DNA of 64,000 nt from Candidatus Pacearchaeota archaeon (GTDB lineage: Archaea; Nanobdellota; Nanobdellia; Pacearchaeales; GW2011-AR1), in NCBI GenBank assembly GCA_038740375.1, contig JAVYLW010000001.1, forward strand, positions 11,530 to 75,529, written 5' to 3'. The position numbers were made by a program, and so were the translations under genes. The notes beneath the pieces are model-generated. The model was not told the DNA's origin. It did not search any database and saw only the letters and a list, made by a program, of their open reading frames with translations. Shown one piece after another: positions 57,965-64,000 of this stretch. The first letter of the stretch is position 1. Each line of letters begins with the position of its first letter.

Positions 57965-58218
57965 TTTTTGTCTTTTCAGTTCTTATTTAGGCTTTAGTAG
58001 AAGTCTATTTTAAATAACTTCTGCTATCGCTATTAACTCGCAGGTTTAAATCTTTTAGCAATAATGAGTTTATAAAGGTTTTTATATAAAACAAAAAAAC
58101 TGATAAGCTGATTTTTTTTGAAAATAGTGTTCAATAATTTAAAATATAGTTAAAATAAATGATATGCTAATAAGAATAAATTGTTAACATTGCTTAATAT
58201 ATGTTTAGTGTTCGGTAA

Positions 58219-58302
58219 TGCGGGGGAGAGGATTCGAACCCCTGCAGGCACTAAGCCAACACGTCCTTAGCGTGTCCTATTTGACCACTCTAGCACCCCC
58301 GC
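58219..58302 (-). tRNA. tRNA-Leu (class II, long variable arm), apparent anticodon AAG (anticodon loop CUAAGGA), no encoded CCA
   Basis: Minus-strand sequence GCGGGGGTGCTAGAGTGGTCAAATAGGACACGCTAAGGACGTGTTGGCTTAGTGCCTGCAGGGGTTCGAATCCTCTCCCCCGCA. 7-bp acceptor stem, 5-bp anticodon stem ACACG/CGTGT, T-loop TTCGAAT, discriminator A. Confidence 0.85.
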
Positions 58303-58439
58303 TTATAAATTAATAACAACATAGACTTTAATATTTTATTATTAAAAAATAATTGTAAATTTAAAATTTTTAAAAAAGCATAAAAATTAGTTTATAATAT
58401 AAAGAAAATTAATTAATTCTAATAATAAACTTCTTATCT

Positions 58440-59105
58440 CTATTTTATTTCTTTACTAAGTTCTTTTAAATTTTCATCAAGAGCTTCTGCTGCTTTTGGA
58501 ATAATATCTTTTACTGGAATTTGACCCCAAGATTCAACAAAAAATATTATTTCATTAACACTCTCGAGTTTTTTTATTTTCTGTTTTTGAATATCACTCA
58601 ATTTCTTTAGCTCTATTTCTTCTTCATCATAACTTACTTTTCCATTTTCGTCAATAATTACAAAATCAATTATTTCAGGATCAATATTATGTTTATAGTA
58701 TAAAAGTCCTGGAGAATATTTTATATGATCTATACCTTTTCCCAATCTTGCTTCGCATATCATTTCTAATTCTTGTTCATTATCAAGTATAACAATCGGA
58801 AGTTTATAATTAGTTCCTACATCAGGTTTTATGTCACTAGAATAAACAGTTTTCGGTCCAGTCTCTTTTATTTTAAATTTTATTTCTTTTATATTTTTAT
58901 CTGTTTTTATTGGAATTAATCCAATTCTATGCGCAATTATTTCGTCATAAAGTGCAGAATCGTTTTTAATAATCTCTATTTCGTCTATAGCCATTATAGG
59001 AATTTCAAGAACACTTCTTCTTATTGCATTAGCTAAGCTAATATTAATATCTGTGATAAAACTCATTTTTTGCTTATCTTTGTTAAATTCTTGTAACTTT
59101 ATCAT
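58440..59105 (-). CDS. rpoD: DNA-directed RNA polymerase subunit D (Rpo3)
   Basis: 221 aa. ISLANAIRRSVLEIPIMAIDEIEI signature of the Rpo3/RpoD dimerisation domain. Confidence 0.8.
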   Translation of the reverse strand: MIKLQEFNKDKQKMSFITDINISLANAIRRSVLEIPIMAIDEIEIIKNDSALYDEIIAHRIGLIPIKTDKNIKEIKFKIKETGPKTVYSSDIKPDVGTNYKLPIVILDNEQELEMICEARLGKGIDHIKYSPGLLYYKHNIDPEIIDFVIIDENGKVSYDEEEIELKKLSDIQKQKIKKLESVNEIIFFVESWGQIPVKDIIPKAAEALDENLKELSKEIK

Positions 59106-59148
59106 GCATATATTTAATTTTAATAGTTTTTAAATTTTTATTACGATT

Positions 59149-59604
59149 TTATACTCTTCTTCCTCTTCTACCGTAAGGTTTTTTTGGACCTCCTTTTGCC
59201 ATTCTTGTGACATCTAATATGCTTACAATTTTAAATCCAGCTCTTGTTAAAGATTTAATTGCACTATGCGCTCCGGGTCCTGGGTTACGTTCATCAGTTT
59301 TAGCTCTTATTTTTACATAAAATCCAGTAATGCCGTTATCTTTTGCTTCTTCTGCTATTTTTTGAGCAACAAACATAGCAATTGTTGGATTTGCTTTTAA
59401 TCTTGATTGTTTTGTAGATTCACCACCCGAATATCTACAAATTGTATTTCCAGACATATCCGTTAAAGTCATTATAGTGTTGTTAAAAGTTGTATAAATA
59501 TGAAGTATTGCATATCTGTCTTCTTTTTCTTTCTTTTTTTTAATCTTTTCTTCACTAACCTGTTCTTCTACTTTTTCAATTATTTGTTGTTCATTTTCTA
59601 CCAT
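59149..59604 (-). CDS. rps11: ribosomal protein uS11
   Basis: 151 aa. AILHIYTTFNNTIMTLTD ... GPGAHSAIKSLTRAGFKIVSILDVT ... RRGRRV. Confidence 0.85.
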   Translation of the reverse strand: MVENEQQIIEKVEEQVSEEKIKKKKEKEDRYAILHIYTTFNNTIMTLTDMSGNTICRYSGGESTKQSRLKANPTIAMFVAQKIAEEAKDNGITGFYVKIRAKTDERNPGPGAHSAIKSLTRAGFKIVSILDVTRMAKGGPKKPYGRRGRRV

Positions 59605-59605
59605 C

Positions 59606-60163
59606 TTATTCTTTTAACATCTCTTCAATTTCTTCTTGCAAGTCTTTATTCTCTATATCTTCAATTTCATCTTTAATATTTTCTATTTTTGATTTTCTAT
59701 TAATTTCTTTTATTTTTAATACAATATTTAATTTTATTTTAGGTTCTTCTTCTAAATTTACTAGATAGGAAGGAACTGAAACTATTTGATTTCCGATTGA
59801 TACATGTTTATGTACTATAAGTTGTCTTGCTTGTTTAGGAGAATTAGCTAATTTTTTTTCAAAAACTATTGTTTGTAATCTTCTTTTTAAATAATCTTCT
59901 TTATCAAGTCCTAGTGCATCAGAAATAGTATTTATTTTAAAACCTTGTTTTTGTAGTTTTTCCACAAATTTTTGTTTTTCTTCTTCGGATTTAGTAATTA
60001 ATTTTTTTGCACGATTTCTTATTCTAGCAATTGCAGCATCAGCTTTCCATATTTCTTTCTTATTTTTTAAACCATACTTTTCAATAAGCAAATGTTCTTC
60101 TTGTATCCTTATTTTGTCATAAGGCTTTTTTGGTCTCGAATATTTTTTATGTTTTCTTATCAT
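59606..60163 (-). CDS. rps4: ribosomal protein uS4
   Basis: 185 aa. N-terminal KKYSRPKKPY... and S4 RNA-binding domain (LIVHKHVSIGNQIVSVPSYLV). Confidence 0.8.
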   Translation of the reverse strand: MIRKHKKYSRPKKPYDKIRIQEEHLLIEKYGLKNKKEIWKADAAIARIRNRAKKLITKSEEEKQKFVEKLQKQGFKINTISDALGLDKEDYLKRRLQTIVFEKKLANSPKQARQLIVHKHVSIGNQIVSVPSYLVNLEEEPKIKLNIVLKIKEINRKSKIENIKDEIEDIENKDLQEEIEEMLKE

Positions 60164-60238
60164 GGGAAATTTGCTAAAAAAATTTTAATACGAATAATTC
60201 CATAAATTTTCCAATTTTTATTTAATTTGTTGTTCATT

Positions 60239-60799
60239 TTATTTTTTACTACCTCCACTACTAGATTTTGATTTTGCAGGTTCAGTTTTTTTCTTTTGAA
60301 CTCCAATTGCTCTTTTCTTTCCTCTTGTTCTAAAGTGACTCTTTGTTCTCTGTCCTCTAGTTGGTTGTCCAGTAGCATGTCTTAATCCTCTATAGGATCT
60401 TATTTTCTTTAATCTTCTTATATCAAATTCTCTTTTCATATCAAGTGAAGTTCCAATTAGATGGAGATTTTCACCTGTTTCAAAATCCTTTCTTCTGTTA
60501 AGTAAAAAAACAGGAAGTTTTGAACTTGGAGATTGTAAAAATTTATTTATTCTATCAATTTCACTACTATCTAGATCCGAAATCTTTTTATTAGGATCTA
60601 AATTTTCTATTTTACATATAGCATTTGATATTGAAAATGAAACTCCTTTGATATAAGTAAGTCCTGTCAAAACATTTTTGTTTCCAGGAATATCTGTTTG
60701 CATAATTCTAACTATAGAGGTATATTGAGGAGTTATTTCTCTATGCTTTTTCTCATCTTTTTTTATAATCTTTTCTTGTTTTGTTTGCTCTTCTAACAT
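60239..60799 (-). CDS. rps13: ribosomal protein uS13
   Basis: 186 aa. IVRIMQTDIPGNKNVLTGLTYIKGV ... YRGLRHATGQPTRGQRTKS. Confidence 0.85.
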   Translation of the reverse strand: MLEEQTKQEKIIKKDEKKHREITPQYTSIVRIMQTDIPGNKNVLTGLTYIKGVSFSISNAICKIENLDPNKKISDLDSSEIDRINKFLQSPSSKLPVFLLNRRKDFETGENLHLIGTSLDMKREFDIRRLKKIRSYRGLRHATGQPTRGQRTKSHFRTRGKKRAIGVQKKKTEPAKSKSSSGGSKK

Positions 60800-60856
60800 T
60801 TTATAAATTTATATTTTAAATTTGAAAGAAAAACCCTTTTTAAAGATTTCCTATTC

Positions 60857-61399
60857 TTATCTTCCAATAAAAATATAATATTTCTCTTTTCCAATTATTT
60901 CCTCAATAAGTCTTTTTTCAACAGCCTTTTTTGGATCTGGAAGATTCGAAACTCTTTGTTTTAATTCATCTAAGGATTCAAAAGGTTTTTTTTGTCTTTC
61001 TTTTAATATAGCTTCAGTATGTTTTTTTCCAAATCCGGGTAAAAGTTCAAATTGATGCATTCTTGTATTTATAGGAGATGCTTTGTTAAAAAATTCTACA
61101 TATTTTTTTTCATTTTTTGCGACTTCTTTAATAACAAATTCATTTAACTGTTCTTTTGCAACTTGTGTTAACTTACTTTCAGGTAATCTTCCAAAGATAT
61201 AATAGATTTTGTCTCTCTTTCCTTCTCCTATATAAACCTGTTCACCAATTTCAAGTTTTACACCTCTCCTTGGAATTAATTGAAGTAAGGTAAATCTTTT
61301 TGTTCCTATAGCTTGAGCTATAGGCATCATTTTCTTTTCTAATGGATAACCATAAGGTAAGTAATCTAAGATTATTGCATTTTCTTCTTTTTCTTTCAT
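60857..61399 (-). CDS. DUF655-like predicted nucleic-acid-binding protein (OB-fold plus HhH), conserved neighbour of rpoF/L21e in archaea
   Basis: 180 aa. ILDYLPYGYP...PIAQAIGTKRFTLLQLIPRRGV N-terminus and C-terminal GFGKKHTEAILKER helix-hairpin-helix. Assignment from motif memory and conserved gene context. Confidence 0.45.
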   Translation of the reverse strand: MKEKEENAIILDYLPYGYPLEKKMMPIAQAIGTKRFTLLQLIPRRGVKLEIGEQVYIGEGKRDKIYYIFGRLPESKLTQVAKEQLNEFVIKEVAKNEKKYVEFFNKASPINTRMHQFELLPGFGKKHTEAILKERQKKPFESLDELKQRVSNLPDPKKAVEKRLIEEIIGKEKYYIFIGR

Positions 61400-61404
61400 T
61401 TTGA

Positions 61405-61719
61405 TTATTTAAGAGAGCTTTTAACAATTTCGAGTATTTTATTTGTTTCATCCTCGTTTAAACTAACATCAATAAATATTTTATTTAAATCAAAGGCATC
61501 ACTAGGCAAAAGATCAATTATTTTAACAATATGCTCTTGTTTTATTTTTATTAAATCAAGTTTTTCCAGTTGTTCTTTTATTTTTTTTGCTTGTTCATTT
61601 TTTGTTTTCAAAAATTTTTTTAAAAAAATTTCCATTTCTTCTTTTTTATTTCCATCTGGAATTTTCTTTAAAATTTCTTCAACTTCATTAAGGCTTATCG
61701 GAGTTCTGTCAATTATCAT
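61405..61719 (-). CDS. rpoF: RNA polymerase subunit F (Rpo4)
   Basis: 104 aa. ISLNEVEEILKKI ... IDLLPSDAFDLNKIF ... EDETNKILEIV pattern similar to archaeal RpoF. Canonical position between L21e and DUF655. Confidence 0.55.
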   Translation of the reverse strand: MIIDRTPISLNEVEEILKKIPDGNKKEEMEIFLKKFLKTKNEQAKKIKEQLEKLDLIKIKQEHIVKIIDLLPSDAFDLNKIFIDVSLNEDETNKILEIVKSSLK

Positions 61720-61726
61720 ATTATAT

Positions 61727-61975
61727 TTATAATTTTTTTAAATGTACAGGATGAATAATATAAGTTTTTTCTTTATTTAAATCCTTCATTTTTATTATGT
61801 AATAATTTCCTCTTTTTCCAGAAACAACACCTGATCTTCCTTGCAATTGTTTCGGAAATTTTGGATTTAATGAAATTTCTCTTATAACTGTTACTCTATC
61901 TCCTTCTTTAAATTCTTGAAAGTACCTACTAAGTTTAATTTTTCCACGTTCTCTTACAGATTTTCTTTTTATCAT
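61727..61975 (-). CDS. rpl21e: ribosomal protein eL21 (L21e)
   Basis: 82 aa. KEGDRVTVIREISLNPKFPKQLQGRSGVVSGKRGNYYIIKMKD...IHPVHLKKL. Confidence 0.75.
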   Translation of the reverse strand: MIKRKSVRERGKIKLSRYFQEFKEGDRVTVIREISLNPKFPKQLQGRSGVVSGKRGNYYIIKMKDLNKEKTYIIHPVHLKKL

Positions 61976-62094
61976 ATTATTTTTTATATATTATATACCT
62001 TTGTACTAGATATCTTTCTTCAAGAAAACATAGAAATAACACCTTTAAAAAACTTTGCAAAACGTGTAAAAAAAGAGAATTAAATCTAAAAAGG

Positions 62095-62262
62095 TTATGT
62101 TCTATCTTGAAATAAATCTCCTCTTTTTTCAGCATCTTTCATATTTTTTAAAATTGCATTATACATATTTTCTCCCCAAACACTTTTTCCACATCTTTCA
62201 CAAAAATCAATAACACTTTCATCAGGAATATTTTTTTGTTTGCAATAAATACATTTTTTCAT
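62095..62262 (-). CDS. small zinc-ribbon protein (55 aa), unannotated in ORF track, upstream of L21e
   Basis: MKKCIYCKQKNIPDESVIDFCERCGKSVWGENMYNAILKNMKDAEKRGDLFQDRT. CxxC-x12-CxxC. Confidence 0.3.
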   Translation of the reverse strand: MKKCIYCKQKNIPDESVIDFCERCGKSVWGENMYNAILKNMKDAEKRGDLFQDRT

Positions 62263-62339
62263 AATATCACCTTCAAGTTAACAAACTAATCTAAATTTAT
62301 TAATTTATAAACTTTCCTAAAATTAAAAATATTACCTTT

Positions 62340-63239
62340 TTATCTTCTTTTAAAATTCTTCATATAAATTAAAAATATTATAATAATTAATACTATAATT
62401 ATAGCAGTTATATAGTAATAAATATTATTTCCTTTTATTTTTCCAAGTTCAGAAGCACTCATTATTCTTAATTTAACATTTATATTTTTTTCATAATCTT
62501 TGTTAAAGCTATCTTTGTAATTAACTTTTAATGGAAGCATAATTTCATCATATTCCTCTTTAATTTTCAGTCTAAAAATAACACTTTGAAAATCATTTGA
62601 ATCAAGGTTTCCAACATAATAATTTGAATCTGAAATAATATCATATTCTTGAGAATTTTTAAGATTTACATTAAGAAATTTAATATCAGCTGTTCCATTA
62701 TTAACAAACTTTAAAATAACTCCTCCAATTTTATTTTTTTTATATATTTCACTATCTTCTAAAATTACATAAAAATTTGGTTCGCTTTTTATAATTAAAC
62801 CAATATCTAATATATCCTTTTGTTTTTGTCCAACGTTAATCGCATTGACTCCAAAATGACTAGTATATTCTAATGTAATATTTGCTTTATAAATTCCTTC
62901 TTTAGAATTTGAATTTGCTATAATTCTATAACTAATTTTTTTTTCTTCTCCGGATTTGATTTTAGGTATTTTTATATTATTAACATCTTGATAAAATTGA
63001 AATTCACTTGGTAAATTTAATTCAATATTTACATCAGAAACATGATCTTTTCCAATATTTTTTAAGGTTATATTTAATATATCATCTTTTCCAGGAGAAA
63101 TCTCTGGAATTTGGATTTCTTTAATAGTCACAATTTTTCCAAAAGATGCTTTATTGTCGTCAAAAATATAAAGTGAACTAATAAGACTAATAGAAAATAT
63201 TATAGAAACTGCGAATATTATCACCAACTTTATTTTCAT
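62340..63239 (-). CDS. secreted protein with C-terminal TM anchor, hypothetical
   Basis: 299 aa. Leader MKIKLVIIFAVSIIFSISLISS. C-terminal TM YYYITAIIIVLIIIIFLIY followed by KNFKRR. Confidence 0.5.
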   Translation of the reverse strand: MKIKLVIIFAVSIIFSISLISSLYIFDDNKASFGKIVTIKEIQIPEISPGKDDILNITLKNIGKDHVSDVNIELNLPSEFQFYQDVNNIKIPKIKSGEEKKISYRIIANSNSKEGIYKANITLEYTSHFGVNAINVGQKQKDILDIGLIIKSEPNFYVILEDSEIYKKNKIGGVILKFVNNGTADIKFLNVNLKNSQEYDIISDSNYYVGNLDSNDFQSVIFRLKIKEEYDEIMLPLKVNYKDSFNKDYEKNINVKLRIMSASELGKIKGNNIYYYITAIIIVLIIIIFLIYMKNFKRR

Positions 63240-63329
63240 AGATTAAAAAAGAAAAAAGAGTTTAAAAGAGTTTGTATATATGAATAAAATTAGTTCAATA
63301 CTCTTTTAATTTTTATTTTTTTGAAAATT

Positions 63330-64000
63330 TTATTCATATCTTAAAGTATCTGCAGGTTTTATTTTTGCCGCAGCTCTTGCAGGAAATACACCTGATAAGG
63401 CTCCTACTAAAAATGCAAATAACAAACATCCTATTATTAAATACCAAGGAAAAATAACTTTAAGTAAAGTAGAGCCTAGTCCTCTTATAGCAATTATCTC
63501 AATTATTTTTGCAAATACAATTCCTAATAATACGCCTATAATTCCTCCAATCAATCCTAATAATCCTGATTCTATAACAAATATAAGCATTATATCAGAA
63601 TTTTTTGCTCCAATAGCTTTCATTACTCCAATATCTTTTGTTCTCTCTAAAACTGAAGTAAACATAGTATTTGCAATTCCAACACTTCCAACTAAAAGAG
63701 AGATTCCAGCAATTCCTACTAAAAAAGCAGTTATTATATTTAGTATAATTTCAATATTAGATAATAATTCTTCAGGAGTTAATATGTTAAAATCTTTTGT
63801 TTTTTCAGTTACACCTCTAAAGGATAATAATTTTTTTTTGACTTGTTCAGATACCTTTTTTATATCTTCTCCAGTTTTTATCTGAATTATAATTTGATCT
63901 ACTCTATCTTCTGAATTAAACATTTTTTTGAAATCTTCAAAAGACATATAAATTAATTTGTCATCTGAAGAACTTCCAGTAGTTTTAAGAATTCCAACTA
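63330..64000 (-). CDS. FtsX/MacB-family ABC transporter permease (C-terminal part; 5-prime end beyond window)
   Basis: Conserved FtsX segment LLVGSVGIANTMFTSVLERTKDIGVMKAIGAKNSDIMLIFVIESGLLGLIGGIIG. The reading frame stays open upstream of the listed Met to the window edge. Confidence 0.7.
   Translation of the reverse strand, partial: VGILKTTGSSSDDKLIYMSFEDFKKMFNSEDRVDQIIIQIKTGEDIKKVSEQVKKKLLSFRGVTEKTKDFNILTPEELLSNIEIILNIITAFLVGIAGISLLVGSVGIANTMFTSVLERTKDIGVMKAIGAKNSDIMLIFVIESGLLGLIGGIIGVLLGIVFAKIIEIIAIRGLGSTLLKVIFPWYLIIGCLLFAFLVGALSGVFPARAAAKIKPADTLRYE

Noticed and set aside
630-58013. Short antisense or embedded ORFs from the six-frame track
   Set aside because: The entries are 630..842, 4255..4527, 5552..5770, 5559..5762, 6607..6810, 10715..10912, 16881..17096, 20653..20835, 24529..24786, 25932..26120, 26831..27013, 28654..28905, 29554..29745, 29633..29869, 37971..38165, 38073..38255, 40568..40753, 40630..40833, 44794..44979, 45412..45606, 46128..46343, 48934..49152, 49678..49872, 50359..50547, 52530..52748, 52675..52908, 53765..54046, 55016..55228, 55288..55470 and 57819..58013. 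All lie inside or antisense to much longer, motif-supported genes or repeats. They have low-complexity F/L/I/S-rich translations typical of AT-rich noise.
58219-58302. Intron or split tRNA at the tRNA-Leu locus
   Set aside because: The 84-nt sequence folds into a complete class-II cloverleaf without insertion in the anticodon loop. No bulge-helix-bulge motif is needed.
60160-60378. ORF-track entry 60160..60378 (72 aa) and 61251..61451 (66 aa)
   Set aside because: They overlap the well-supported uS13/uS4 and DUF655/RpoF genes in other frames, so they are spurious.
1-64000. CRISPR array or cas operon to accompany the Cas4-like gene
   Set aside because: No run of regularly spaced identical repeats of 24-40 bp was seen anywhere. 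The only tandem repeats are 12 bp (30739-30790), 24 bp x2 (29665-29777) and intragenic 69 bp x2. None has the repeat-spacer structure.
1-64000. Diversity-generating retroelement or retron (common in DPANN archaea)
   Set aside because: No ORF with reverse-transcriptase motifs (YxDD) is present. The duplicated halves of ORF 40532..40855 differ by mixed substitutions, not by adenine-specific changes.

Overview
This window is a strongly AT-rich archaeal chromosome segment. The coding repertoire points to a small-genome, possibly DPANN-like archaeon, but taxonomy cannot be proven from the sequence alone.

Main features from left to right:

- 1-10 kb: a module of huge N-glycosylation-sequon-rich surface proteins coupled to a membrane-anchored HerA/FtsK-family (DUF87-like) ATPase and coiled-coil proteins.
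- 10.3-12.9 kb: a TctA/DUF112-like permease and a PurF-like amidophosphoribosyltransferase that lacks the nucleophilic Cys1.
- 14.4-15.3 kb: an apparent replication origin, with an inverted pair of ORB-like boxes carrying G-strings around an AT-rich unwinding region. It sits directly upstream of a cdc6/orc1, PolD small subunit (DP1), Nudix, PolD large subunit (DP2) gene block.
- 22-26 kb: an Lhr helicase plus metallophosphoesterase repair operon.
- 26-40 kb: further surface and membrane proteins, small wHTH regulators and two coiled-coil plus HTH paralogs. The intergenic DNA here carries tandem repeats and a recurring GTTTAAACA palindrome. One giant secreted protein carries a possible clan-CD (gingipain-like) peptidase motif. 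A DUF763 protein is also present.
- 41-51 kb: a compositionally distinct mobile island. It holds an XerA-like recombinase, a superoxide reductase plus rubrerythrin cassette, and a second tyrosine integrase. It also holds an IS1-family element with a frame-split transposase and a plasmid-like replication module (RHH protein, Prim-Pol replicase, serine resolvase). It is followed by a 1.6 kb repeat-rich noncoding stretch.
- 52-56 kb: an orphan Cas4-like Fe-S nuclease and an XPD/Rad3-like Fe-S helicase.
- 56-62 kb: a conserved archaeal ribosomal protein and RNA polymerase cluster (S9, L13, L18e, tRNA-Leu, RpoD, S11, S4, S13, DUF655, RpoF, L21e).
- 63.3-64.0 kb: a partial FtsX-like permease at the window edge.

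No rRNA, CRISPR array or reverse transcriptase was seen.
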